A DNA stretch of 64,000 nt, from assembly GCA_947632335.1 (NCBI GenBank), contig CANROX010000001.1:5653-69652 (forward strand), written 5' to 3'. A program made the position numbers and the translations under genes. The stretch comes from an uncultured Clostridia bacterium (lineage in GTDB: Bacteria > Bacillota > Clostridia > Oscillospirales > Acutalibacteraceae). The notes under the pieces are model-generated. The model saw only the letters and a list, made by a program, of their open reading frames with translations. It had not been told where the DNA came from and searched no databases. This document shows, piece by piece, positions 43,465-52,831 of this stretch (position 1 is its first letter; every line of letters starts with the position of its first letter).

Positions 43465-44646
43465 ATGAAGGTAAATAAGAATTTTGACAACTTAGTTCCC
43501 AATTATCTTTTTGCAGAAGTTGCAAAGAGAACCAATGAATATTGTGCCCGGAACAAGGATAAAAAGGTTATCAGGCTTGGTATAGGAGATGTAACTCTCC
43601 CTCTGCCCAAAATTGCCGTTGAGGCAATTAAGGAGGGCGCCGAGGAGCTGGGCAATAAGGAAACCTTTAAGGGTTATCCCGATTGTGAGGGCTACCAATT
43701 TGTAAGACAGGCAGTTGCTGATTATTACGACTCTTTCGGCGTAAAGGTTGACCCATCTGAAATCCTTATTACAGACGGTGCAAAGTCTGACTCCGGCAAT
43801 ATTGGGGATATTTTCAGTAAGGACAATACAGTTCTTGTTACAGACCCGGTTTATCCTGTATATGTTGACAGCAATATTATGGCAGGCAGAGAAATAAAGC
43901 TGGCTCCCTGTAACGAGGGCAACAACTTTGCCCCGACCCCTGACTTTAATGTAAAGGCGGATATTATTTATCTTTGCTCCCCAAACAATCCCACAGGCGC
44001 AACATTCACCGCCCACCAGCTTAAAGCATGGGTTGACTATGCAAATAAGAACGACGCCGTAATTATTTATGACGCTGCCTATGAGGCTTTCATTACTGAC
44101 GGTTCGCCCAGAAGTATTTTTGCCATTGATGGTGCAAGAACCTGTGCAATCGAGCTATGCTCTCTGTCAAAGACAGCAGGCTTTACAGGAACAAGATGCG
44201 GTTATACAGTAATTCCTAAGGAACTTGAAAGAGACGGCAAGAACATTTATCAGCTTTGGTACAGGAGAGAGGCTACAAAGTTTAACGGCGTTTCCTGGCC
44301 TATACAGAAAGCGGCAGCGGCTGTACTTTCCCCAGAGGGACAAAAGCAGTTTAAGGAAAACATAGCCTACTATCAGGAAAATGCGAAGATTATTTCTTCT
44401 GCTTTGGATGAGCTGGGCATTTACTATACCGGCGGTGTAAATTCACCTTACATCTGGCTCAAGTGCCCCAAGGGTATGGGCAGTTGGGAATTTTTCGATT
44501 TTCTCCTTGAAGAGGCAAATGTTGTGGGTACTCCCGGCGAGGGCTTTGGAGAAAACGGCAAGGGATTTTTCCGCTTAACCTCCTTTGGCGACAGAGAAAA
44601 TACCATTGAGGCTGTGGAAAGAATCAAAAAACTCCTTTCTAAATAA
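43465..44646 (+). CDS. dapL: LL-diaminopimelate aminotransferase
   Basis: N-terminus NFDNLVPNYLFAEVAKR and the PLP lysine context SLSKTAGFTGTRCGY; 393 aa. Confidence 0.85.
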   Translation: MKVNKNFDNLVPNYLFAEVAKRTNEYCARNKDKKVIRLGIGDVTLPLPKIAVEAIKEGAEELGNKETFKGYPDCEGYQFVRQAVADYYDSFGVKVDPSEILITDGAKSDSGNIGDIFSKDNTVLVTDPVYPVYVDSNIMAGREIKLAPCNEGNNFAPTPDFNVKADIIYLCSPNNPTGATFTAHQLKAWVDYANKNDAVIIYDAAYEAFITDGSPRSIFAIDGARTCAIELCSLSKTAGFTGTRCGYTVIPKELERDGKNIYQLWYRREATKFNGVSWPIQKAAAAVLSPEGQKQFKENIAYYQENAKIISSALDELGIYYTGGVNSPYIWLKCPKGMGSWEFFDFLLEEANVVGTPGEGFGENGKGFFRLTSFGDRENTIEAVERIKKLLSK

Positions 44647-44651
44647 TTTTT

Positions 44652-44684
44652 AAGACCTTTGGACTTCTCCAAGGGTCTTTTTTA
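44652..44684 (+). terminator. Intrinsic terminator after dapL
   Basis: AAGACCTTTGG-acttct-CCAAGGGTCTT followed by TTTTT. Confidence 0.8.
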
Positions 44685-44789
44685 TTTAGGGAAAATATGT
44701 CAAACTTACATAATAAACTGTTAAAATTCTCTTTACAGAATACAGCAATATCTACAAATAAACGGTGTGTTTTTAGGTCGTTTTTATTA

Positions 44790-44819
44790 TTGTGATTTAA
44801 ATATAAATTGTGGTATAAT
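44790..44819 (+). promoter_or_regulatory. Putative promoter of the second amylase (TTGTGA-18-TGgTATAAT)
   Basis: TTGTGA at 44790-44795 and the extended -10 element TGGTATAAT ending at 44819. Confidence 0.5.
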
Positions 44820-44843
44820 TACATTATATTTGGAGGTGTTTAT

Positions 44844-47528
44844 ATGAGAAAAATTTTAGCTTTAATTATGACTTTTGCAATGGTTATGACAGCTTTTACC
44901 GTTGCACCTATAGTTTCAGCGAAAAAAACGGAGGCTCCCGTAAAAAGCGGGGCAAACCTTAGTTCCCCAAGTGATTTTACCTGGGACAACGCATCTGTTT
45001 ATTTCCTTTTGACCGACCGTTTCTACAACGGAGATACAAGTAATGACCACAGCTATGAGAGAGGTCTTGAAAAGGACGGCACTGTTACTAAAAAGATGAA
45101 CAGCGACGCGGCCTCTTTCCAGGGCGGTGACTTTGCGGGCATTACAAAGAAGATAAACGAGGGATATTTTACAGATTTGGGCGTCAATGCACTTTGGATT
45201 TCAGCCCCCTATGAACAAATTCTGGGCTATTCCTGTGCAGGCAGCTCCAAGAGTGCATTCCCTCACTATTCCTATCACGGCTACTATGTAGGCGACTACT
45301 CCAATTTTGACCAGAACTTCGGTACAGAACAGGAGTTTCAGACATTGGTGGACGCCGCCCACGAAAAGGGTATAAGAGTGGTTATAGATGTTGTTATGAA
45401 CCACCCCGGCTACAACACAATGTATGATATGAATAAGTTTGGTTTTGGCGACCTTAAAACCGGCTGGGATAGCGAGTACTACTCATTTTCCGGCAACAAC
45501 AATACATACCACAAATACATTGATTACGACAATGCACTTCGCAAAGAAGAGCTGACAGAAAAGTGGGGCAAATGGTGGGGCAAGTCCTGGATAAGGGCAG
45601 GTCTTATGGGTTATACCAATTATGACTCCAGCGACCTTAAAGGTTCTGCCGGCGGTGATTTGGCCGACTTTATTACAGAGGGCACAGAGGAGGTTTCTCT
45701 GCCTGTATTCCTGGAAAACAAGTGGAAAAGCGAGGGAAACTACGACAGCAAAATGGCAGATATGAACCAGTGGTTCAGCCAAAACAACTATCCAAAAACT
45801 GTAAGATATTACCTTTGCTACTGGTTAAGCAGATATGTGGAGAGGTACGGCGTTGACGGTTTCCGCTGTGACACAGCAAAACACGTTGAGCTTGAATCCT
45901 GGGCAGCCCTGAAAGATATTTGCGTAAATGCCCTTGAAAACTGGAGAAAGAACAATCCCGATAAACCGGGGGCTGATTGGGACGAGAGCTTTTGGATGAC
46001 AGGTGAGGTTTTCGGAAAGAACCTTTCAGGTGCCGACGACCCCTACTTTGCACAGGGCAAGTTTGACTCCACTATTAACTTCTCGTTCTCCGGCACCGGC
46101 GTAAACTCCGTATCCGGTGTTAATCAGAAGTATGAGGATTACGCAAAGAATATTAACACAAGCGATTCTTACAATGTGCTTTCATATATTTCCTCTCACG
46201 ACACATCTCTCTGCGGTCGTGACAGAGCCACTGTAAAGCACGATACACAAAAGCTGATTTATCAGGGTTCTGCTCTTCAGCTTCTTCCAGGTGCAATTCA
46301 GATTTATTACGGCGACGAAAGCGGCAGAGAGTATCTGACCAGTGCAAATTCTTCCATTTCATCTGTTATTCAGAGTGGTAACCACCATGTTCGTTCGTTT
46401 ATGAACTGGGATACAACCGACAATGAAATACTTTCACACTGGCAGAAAGTTGGTAAGTTCAGAAACAGCCATGTTGCAATCGGTGCAGGAACACACAAAA
46501 GTCTTACTTCCACCTCAGGCGCCGCATTTATGAGAGAATACAACAAAAACGGCGTACAGGATAAAGTTCTGTGCTGTATCGGTGCAGAGCCAAACACACA
46601 GGTTACAGTTCAGGTTGATTCAGCCGACTTCCCTGAGGGAACCCTTATTAAGAACACATATGACGGTTCAACAGCAGTTGTTTATCATAACAAAGTTAAG
46701 ATGAATGTAGGAGCTACAGGTACAATATTGGGTGAAGTTGCAGGCACAGGTCAGGTTACAGCGGTTTCTGAGGTTGTTCTTGACAAGACCTCTGCCACCC
46801 TTGAGATTGGCAAAAACCTTACTCTTTCAGCACAGGTTAAGCCGGAAAACGCAACAGACGGAGAGGTTGTCTGGGAAAGTGACAACGCCAATGTTGCAAA
46901 GGTTGAAAATGGTGTAGTTACAGGCATTAAGGCAGGTACTGCTGTAATTTCAGCCACAGCCGACGGCGTTAAAGCAGAGTGTAAGGTAACAGTTAAAAAG
47001 TCCGTTACATCAGTTAAACTTAACACCACAAAGAAAACTCTTTATACTAAGCAGAGCCTACAACTTAGGGCAACAGTTAATCCAAGTGACGCTACAAATA
47101 AGGCCGTAACCTGGAGTTCCTCAAACAGCAGGGTTGCGTCAGTATCCTCAACAGGCAGGGTAACGGCAAAGGCAAAGGGCACAGCAGTAATTACTGTTAA
47201 GTCCAGGGACAACGGCAGGTATGCAAGGTGCACACTTACAGTTAAACAGAGGGTTACAAAGGTTAAACTTACCCTTGCAAAAAAGAGTGTTAAGGTTAAA
47301 AAGTCATTTAAGATTAAGGCAACTGCCTATCCAAATAATGCAAATGTTAAAAACATTAAGTGGACATTAAACAAGAAGAACATTGTTAAGATTTCAAAGA
47401 AAGCTACTGCCTCCGGCAAGGCAATTAAGGTAACGGCAAAGAAGAAGGGAAATGTTACCTTAAAGGCAACGGCAGCAGACGGCAGCAAAAAGAGCGCATC
47501 CTGTAAAATTACTGTTAAGAAAAAATAG
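44844..47528 (+). CDS. Secreted GH13 alpha-amylase with three C-terminal Big_2 (Ig-like) repeats, the last extremely Lys-rich
   Basis: Signal peptide MRKILALIMTFAMVMTAFTVAPIVSA. GH13 regions DVVMNHPG, GVDGFRCDTAKH, WMTGEV and YISSHD. Big_2 pattern L..G....L.A.V.P..A.......W.S.N..VA.V...G.VT....G.A.I. I set the start at ATG 44844 after the GGAGG SD. Confidence 0.9.
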   Translation: MRKILALIMTFAMVMTAFTVAPIVSAKKTEAPVKSGANLSSPSDFTWDNASVYFLLTDRFYNGDTSNDHSYERGLEKDGTVTKKMNSDAASFQGGDFAGITKKINEGYFTDLGVNALWISAPYEQILGYSCAGSSKSAFPHYSYHGYYVGDYSNFDQNFGTEQEFQTLVDAAHEKGIRVVIDVVMNHPGYNTMYDMNKFGFGDLKTGWDSEYYSFSGNNNTYHKYIDYDNALRKEELTEKWGKWWGKSWIRAGLMGYTNYDSSDLKGSAGGDLADFITEGTEEVSLPVFLENKWKSEGNYDSKMADMNQWFSQNNYPKTVRYYLCYWLSRYVERYGVDGFRCDTAKHVELESWAALKDICVNALENWRKNNPDKPGADWDESFWMTGEVFGKNLSGADDPYFAQGKFDSTINFSFSGTGVNSVSGVNQKYEDYAKNINTSDSYNVLSYISSHDTSLCGRDRATVKHDTQKLIYQGSALQLLPGAIQIYYGDESGREYLTSANSSISSVIQSGNHHVRSFMNWDTTDNEILSHWQKVGKFRNSHVAIGAGTHKSLTSTSGAAFMREYNKNGVQDKVLCCIGAEPNTQVTVQVDSADFPEGTLIKNTYDGSTAVVYHNKVKMNVGATGTILGEVAGTGQVTAVSEVVLDKTSATLEIGKNLTLSAQVKPENATDGEVVWESDNANVAKVENGVVTGIKAGTAVISATADGVKAECKVTVKKSVTSVKLNTTKKTLYTKQSLQLRATVNPSDATNKAVTWSSSNSRVASVSSTGRVTAKAKGTAVITVKSRDNGRYARCTLTVKQRVTKVKLTLAKKSVKVKKSFKIKATAYPNNANVKNIKWTLNKKNIVKISKKATASGKAIKVTAKKKGNVTLKATAADGSKKSASCKITVKKK

Positions 47529-47535
47529 ACAAAAT

Positions 47536-47567
47536 TAAAGGCACATCTTAGGATGTGCCTTAATTTT
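47536..47567. terminator. Bidirectional terminator between the amylase gene and glyQS
   Basis: AAGGCACATC-ttag-GATGTGCCTT with flanking A- and T-runs. Confidence 0.7.
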
Positions 47568-47579
47568 CTTATTTTAAAT

Positions 47580-48965
47580 TTATTCAAAAGCAATTCTTTC
47601 CAGAATATAGGGGACTAATTCCTCAACTTTCATTTCAATCTGTTCCATTGTATCCCTGTCACGGAGTGTTACAATGTTGTTTTCAACAGTCTTTTCATCA
47701 ACGGAAATCTGCCAAGGGGTGCCGATTGCGTCGGCTCTTCTGTACCTTTTGCCGATTGAACCTGATTCATCATAGCTGGTCATAAAGTGCTTTTTGCACA
47801 TTGCCATAATTTCCCTTGCCTTTTCGCCGTGAAATTTCTTTTTGATTGGACAGATATTCAGCTTGATTGGGGCAAGGGCAGGAGAAATTTTAAGAAGTTC
47901 TCTTGTGTCCCCATTTTCAAGTTCTTCAATTCGGTATGCCTCGAAGAGAACAGCCAAAGTAATTCTGTCAAGGCCGTATGTAGACTCAATAATATAGGGG
48001 GTAAACTTTTCTCCGGTGGTCTGGTCGCAGTATTCCTGTTTTTTGCCGGAATACTCTGAATGTCTTGAAAGGTCAAAGTCCGTTCTGTTGTGAGTGCCGT
48101 TGATTTCTCCCCAGCCAAAGGGGAAGAGATATTCAATATCACATGCCGCCTTTGCATAGTGGGCAAGTTTTTCGTGGTCGTGGTGGCGCAGTTTTTCACT
48201 TGGAAGTCCCAGCATATTGAAAAATTCTATGCCGTAGTTTTTAAAGTAGTCGTAAAGGCTTTCGTCGTCCCCTTTTTTGCAGAATGTCTGAAACTCCATC
48301 TGTTCAAATTCAATGGTTCTAAAGGTAAAGTTGCCCGGTGTAATTTCGTTTCTGAATGCCTTGCCAATCTGACCGATTGAAAAGGGGAGTTTTGTCCTTG
48401 TGGTTCTGAGAACATTTTGGAAGTTTACATATTCGCCCTGTGCGTTTTCCGGACGCAGATAAACCGTATTTGCACTGTCATTTGTAACGCCGCGCTGTGT
48501 TGCAAACATAAGGTTAAACTGGCGTATATCGGTAAAGTTGGACTTACCGCACTTTGGACAGGGAACATTGTTCTCTCTGATATAGTTCAGCATTTCCTCC
48601 TGGGTCATACCGTCTGCATGGGCGTTTTCGTCAAAATCATCAATAAGGTTGTCTGCCCTGTGACGGGTTTTACATTCCTTACAGTCAAGGAGGGGGTCAG
48701 AGAAACTCTGAACATGGCCGCTTGCCTCCCAAACCCTTGGGTTCATAAGAATATCAGCGTCAACCTCATAGGCATTATCTCTCTTCTGAATAAAGAAATA
48801 TCTCCAGGCGTCCTTAATTGTGTTTTTCAGCCTTGAACCAAGGGGGCCGTAATCCCAGGTGTTTGCAAGACCGCCGTAAATTTCACTGCCTTGAAAAATA
48901 AATCCGTAGTTGTTGCAGTAGTCAACAAGCTCTTTCATTCCAATATTTTTTTCTTTGCTTTCCAT
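47580..48965 (-). CDS. glyQS: Glycine--tRNA ligase (alpha2 type)
   Basis: 461 aa with IFQGSEIYGGLANTWDYGPLG and the class II motifs. Confidence 0.95.
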   Translation of the reverse strand: MESKEKNIGMKELVDYCNNYGFIFQGSEIYGGLANTWDYGPLGSRLKNTIKDAWRYFFIQKRDNAYEVDADILMNPRVWEASGHVQSFSDPLLDCKECKTRHRADNLIDDFDENAHADGMTQEEMLNYIRENNVPCPKCGKSNFTDIRQFNLMFATQRGVTNDSANTVYLRPENAQGEYVNFQNVLRTTRTKLPFSIGQIGKAFRNEITPGNFTFRTIEFEQMEFQTFCKKGDDESLYDYFKNYGIEFFNMLGLPSEKLRHHDHEKLAHYAKAACDIEYLFPFGWGEINGTHNRTDFDLSRHSEYSGKKQEYCDQTTGEKFTPYIIESTYGLDRITLAVLFEAYRIEELENGDTRELLKISPALAPIKLNICPIKKKFHGEKAREIMAMCKKHFMTSYDESGSIGKRYRRADAIGTPWQISVDEKTVENNIVTLRDRDTMEQIEMKVEELVPYILERIAFE

Positions 48966-49232
48966 TGTGAGCCTCCATTACAATTAAATGCTTACCCTCT
49001 AATACTACTATTTCAGGGGGTTTATGTCAAGAATTTTCCCCATTACAGGGGTTTTATTTGGTGAAAATTAACAGTGAAACTTAAAATTTATCCCTAATAT
49101 TTTAATAGATTATGAATTTTTGTCTTTTTACCATATTTTATTTGAAAAATTATAATATTTATTATATAATATATCTAACAGTGAAACTGGGAAAATATAT
49201 ACAGATTTTTCTAAATAAAGGAGGAAACTTAT

Positions 49233-51464
49233 ATGATTAAAAAATGTAGGCGTGTCCTCAGCTTTTTAATCAGCTTTATGCTGATTATGTCAATGGTTGT
49301 TACGGCTGTACCAATGGCAGGCGCTGCGGACATAAACACAAAAACTTCCGGTGAAGTCCTGGGCAAGTACGGGGATGTTAATCGGGACGGACAAATTAAT
49401 ATTTCTGATGTAACATATCTGCAAAAGTATCTTGCAGGTATAGAGGAAGTAGGTCTTGACGAGGTTCAATTTCAGCTTGCTAATGTGGATTCAAGCAGCG
49501 GAGTGGACATTAAGGACGCATCTGTTATCCAGAAATATTCTGTGGGAATAAGAGAAGGTATTGTGGGACAGGACCTTACAACTCCTGATGAGTCAAGCTC
49601 AAGTTCAAGCTCCAGCTCAAGTTCCAGCTCAAGTTCCAGCTCCAGCTCCAGTTCAAGTTCAAGCTCCAGCTCCAGCTCAAGTTCAAGCTCATCACCCCCT
49701 GTATACGAAAAAAGGACCATCTATGTAGATGTTAAGAACATTGTGACAGAGGATTGCAGATATGCAGTACACTGTTACAATATGGTTGGAGGAACACAGT
49801 GGTTTGACCTTAACCTTGTTTCAGACACAATATACAGCTTTGAGATGCCTGTAAACTATACACACGCTATTTTCTGCAGAATGGAACCCGACACAGAAAA
49901 CGACTGGGATAATGTATATGACAAGACAGTTGAATGTGAAGTTCCGGAAGACAAGGATATGTTTGTGTTTGACGGCTGGCCGGCAATATTCGGAGATGAA
50001 CTTGAGGGCATATGGATGAAGTATGGTGAAACACCGTCATCATCTTCCTCGGAAGAATCTTCTCCGGACGAATCTTCATCATCTTCCAAAGATATAACTG
50101 AAACACAGAGAATTTACTTTACAAATGTAAACAACTGGAGTAATGTCAGAATTCTTGCTTACTATATGCAGGACGGACAAAAGGTTGAACTTCCCCATGA
50201 GGACCCTAACGGCAACCTTATGACTTATCTTGAAGAAAATGAATATCAGCAGAAGGTTTATTACTACGACCTGCCTAAGATTTATACAAACATTAGATTT
50301 GTATCAAATTCCGGCGCTTCAAAAACAGTTGAAATCACATTGTCAGATGAATTTAACGGCTACTATCCTACACAGGATAACGGCGGCAAGGCAGATGAAC
50401 CTGTAAAGGGCTACAAGAGAGGCGGTTCATCAAGCACTTCAAGTTCTACACAGGCCACTAAGCCGGATTCAAAGACAAAGAGAATTTACTTTACAAATGC
50501 AAACAACTGGAGTAATGTAAGAATTCTTGCTTACTATATGCAGGACGGAAAGAAGATTGAACTGCCCCATGAGGACGCAAACGGCAATCTTATGACATAC
50601 CTTGAAGTAAATGAATATCAGCAGAAGGTTTATTACTATGACCTGCCGGTAATTTATACTACTGTAAGGTTTGTATCAAACTCCGGCGCTTCAAAAACAG
50701 TTGAAATTACATTGTCAGATGAATTTAACGGTTACTATCCTACACAGAATAACGGCGGTAAGGCAGATGAACCTGTAAAGGGATACAACAGGGACGGTTC
50801 GTCCAGCTCTTCAAGTACAACAGAGTCAAGTAAGCCTGTTTCAGAAACAAAGAGAATTTACTTTACAAATGCAAACAACTGGAGTAATGTAAGAATTTTG
50901 GCATACTATATGCAGGGCGGACAGAAAGTTGAACTTCCCCATGAGGACGCTAACGGCAACCTTATGACTTATCTTGAAGAAAATGAATATCAGCAGAAGG
51001 TTTATTACTATGACCTGCCTAAGGCTTATACAAATGTCAGATTTGTTTCAAACTCCGGCGCCTCCAGAACTGTTGAAATCACATTGTCAGATGAATTTAA
51101 CGGTTACTATCCTACAGAAAACAAGGGCGGTGCAGCCGACGAGCCTGTAGCAGGCTATAAGAGAGGAGAATCAACCTCTACTCCGTCGGGAGATAAGGTT
51201 AAAATTACTCTTATTGACGCTACAAACGAAAAGTGGATTGGCGACGCAGACGCCGTGCTTGTCCTTATTGACAACGACACTAAGAAATCCTATGAGATGA
51301 CAAAGGGCGACGGCAAGTGGACTGTAGAAATTCCTGCTACAGTTAAGAATATTACAATTCACAGGAACCAACCCGGTACGGGAACAACATGGAACAAGTG
51401 GGAAAATCTCAAGGTTTCCGGCACAACCCTTACAATTACTTCAAGCGGTACTTCCTGGAGCTAA
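49233..51464 (+). CDS. Secreted protein: N-terminal dockerin, 34-Ser linker, CBM-like module, 3 x 124-aa repeats and a C-terminal beta-module
   Basis: Signal peptide followed by the dockerin EF-hand pairs GDVNRDGQINISDVTYLQKYLAG and NVDSSSGVDIKDASVIQKY. The repeats RIYFTNANNWSNVRILAYYMQ...VRFVSNSGASKTVEI follow a starch-binding-module-like pattern. Confidence 0.8.
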   Translation: MIKKCRRVLSFLISFMLIMSMVVTAVPMAGAADINTKTSGEVLGKYGDVNRDGQINISDVTYLQKYLAGIEEVGLDEVQFQLANVDSSSGVDIKDASVIQKYSVGIREGIVGQDLTTPDESSSSSSSSSSSSSSSSSSSSSSSSSSSSSSSSSSPPVYEKRTIYVDVKNIVTEDCRYAVHCYNMVGGTQWFDLNLVSDTIYSFEMPVNYTHAIFCRMEPDTENDWDNVYDKTVECEVPEDKDMFVFDGWPAIFGDELEGIWMKYGETPSSSSSEESSPDESSSSSKDITETQRIYFTNVNNWSNVRILAYYMQDGQKVELPHEDPNGNLMTYLEENEYQQKVYYYDLPKIYTNIRFVSNSGASKTVEITLSDEFNGYYPTQDNGGKADEPVKGYKRGGSSSTSSSTQATKPDSKTKRIYFTNANNWSNVRILAYYMQDGKKIELPHEDANGNLMTYLEVNEYQQKVYYYDLPVIYTTVRFVSNSGASKTVEITLSDEFNGYYPTQNNGGKADEPVKGYNRDGSSSSSSTTESSKPVSETKRIYFTNANNWSNVRILAYYMQGGQKVELPHEDANGNLMTYLEENEYQQKVYYYDLPKAYTNVRFVSNSGASRTVEITLSDEFNGYYPTENKGGAADEPVAGYKRGESTSTPSGDKVKITLIDATNEKWIGDADAVLVLIDNDTKKSYEMTKGDGKWTVEIPATVKNITIHRNQPGTGTTWNKWENLKVSGTTLTITSSGTSWS
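49593..49694 (+). repeat. Poly-serine tract of 34 codons alternating AGY and TCN
   Basis: Direct reading gives tca agc tca agt tca agc tcc agc ... tca tca, i.e. hexanucleotide-like AGYTCN periodicity. Confidence 0.95.
50109..51224 (+). repeat. Three tandem 372-nt (124-aa) intragenic repeats
   Basis: The units start with AGAATTTACTTTACAAAT at 50109, 50481 and 50853. DNA and protein identity between units is high. Confidence 0.9.
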
Positions 51465-51482
51465 AACATAATAATTAAAATT

Positions 51483-51511
51483 GGGACTGTCCTATGGGCA
51501 GTCCCGTTTTT
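51483..51511 (+). terminator. Intrinsic terminator after the dockerin repeat protein gene
   Basis: GGGACTG-tcctatggg-CAGTCCC followed by GTTTTT. Confidence 0.75.
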
Positions 51512-51578
51512 ACTTATTGTTTTGACTTATGAAATCTTTTATGTATAATATAACTATGAGAAACGGGGGAATGAGCAA

Positions 51579-52169
51579 ATGATTTTACACGATATAACAA
51601 AGGGAATATTTGCCAGTCCTGTGTACCCGGGTGACCCAAAGCCGGGAGCCGTTGCGGTAAGGAGTATTAACAGCGGTGACGACTACAACCTGAGCAAGGT
51701 TAGTTTTTGTCCCCATACGGGAACTCATATTGACGCACCTCTGCATTTTATTAAAAACGGCAAGTCTGTTGACCGCCTTAAAATGAGAAATTTTTACGGA
51801 AAGTGCAGCGTTATAGAGGTGACAGGGGAGATTACCGGCAGTGATATGGACAGACTTTTGCCCCATTGTCACAAGAGAATACTTTTTAAGGGCGGGGGAA
51901 AGGCTTTTCTTACCCTGACTGCCGCCGAGGTTATTGTTGACCACAATATTAAGCTGGTAGGCACAGACAGTATGACTATTGGCTGGGAACATGAAAACAA
52001 TCAGGTTCATAGCGAGCTTTTGAGAAATGATATTCCCATTATTGAATGTCTGAACCTGGACAGAATAGAGGCTGGGGACTATGAAATATGCGCTTTTCCC
52101 ATAAAGCTGGAGGGGATAGAGGCCGCTCCGTGCAGGGCGGTGCTCCTTGAACAGGAAAAGGGAATATAA
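51579..52169 (+). CDS. Cyclase-family protein (arylformamidase/kynurenine formamidase-like)
   Basis: HTGTHIDAPLHF metal-binding motif; 196 aa. Confidence 0.8.
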   Translation: MILHDITKGIFASPVYPGDPKPGAVAVRSINSGDDYNLSKVSFCPHTGTHIDAPLHFIKNGKSVDRLKMRNFYGKCSVIEVTGEITGSDMDRLLPHCHKRILFKGGGKAFLTLTAAEVIVDHNIKLVGTDSMTIGWEHENNQVHSELLRNDIPIIECLNLDRIEAGDYEICAFPIKLEGIEAAPCRAVLLEQEKGI

Positions 52170-52180
52170 AAGGTGATTTA

Positions 52181-52831
52181 ATGTATAAGATAGTTGTTTT
52201 TGATTTAGACGGCACACTTGCAAACACTCTGGAGGATTTGGCTGACGCCGTAAATAAAGGGTTAAGTGAAAACGGTTTACCTACCCATTCTTTAGAAAGC
52301 TACAAAAAAATGGTGGGAGATGGAATTTTAAATCTTATAAAAAGAGCCATTGCCCCTGTTACAGATGAAAAGACAGCGGCAAAGGTTAAGGAGGTTTTTG
52401 ACAGATATTACCGTGAACACTCCACAGACAAAACCTGTGCCTATCCCGGAACCCAACAGCTTTTAGAGGTTCTTCAGGAGAAAGGCATATTAACGGCTGT
52501 TCTGTCCAACAAACCACACCAATTTGTGGAGAAAATTTTAAAGAAGATTTTTCCCCACCACTGCTTTGACCTTGCCTGGGGGAAAAGGCCTGAGTATGAT
52601 ATTAAACCCAATCCCGACTCCCTCAATGCAATCCTTAGTCTGACAGGCATTGACAAAAGCCAGTGTCTGTATGTAGGCGACAGCGATGTTGACTGCCATA
52701 CCGCCAGGAATGCAGGGGTGAAGTGCTGTGGAGTAAGCTGGGGTTTCAGAGGTCGGGAAGAACTGGAGAAAGCAGGGGCGGACTTTATAATCGACACGCC
52801 AATGGAAATGCGGGAGAAATTAAATATATGA
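52181..52831 (+). CDS. HAD-superfamily hydrolase (phosphoglycolate phosphatase-like)
   Basis: VVFDLDGTLANT motif I, LSNK motif II and GDSDVD motif IV. Confidence 0.85.
   Translation: MYKIVVFDLDGTLANTLEDLADAVNKGLSENGLPTHSLESYKKMVGDGILNLIKRAIAPVTDEKTAAKVKEVFDRYYREHSTDKTCAYPGTQQLLEVLQEKGILTAVLSNKPHQFVEKILKKIFPHHCFDLAWGKRPEYDIKPNPDSLNAILSLTGIDKSQCLYVGDSDVDCHTARNAGVKCCGVSWGFRGREELEKAGADFIIDTPMEMREKLNI

Noticed and set aside
48966-49232. A T-box leader was expected upstream of glyQS.
   Set aside because: No GGUGGUACC-type T-box sequence, AGAGA box or terminator is present on the minus strand of this region.
49472-49720. A minus-strand ORF encoding (Glu-Leu)n.
   Set aside because: It is the mirror image of the poly-Ser AGYTCN tract and is an artefact of repeat symmetry.
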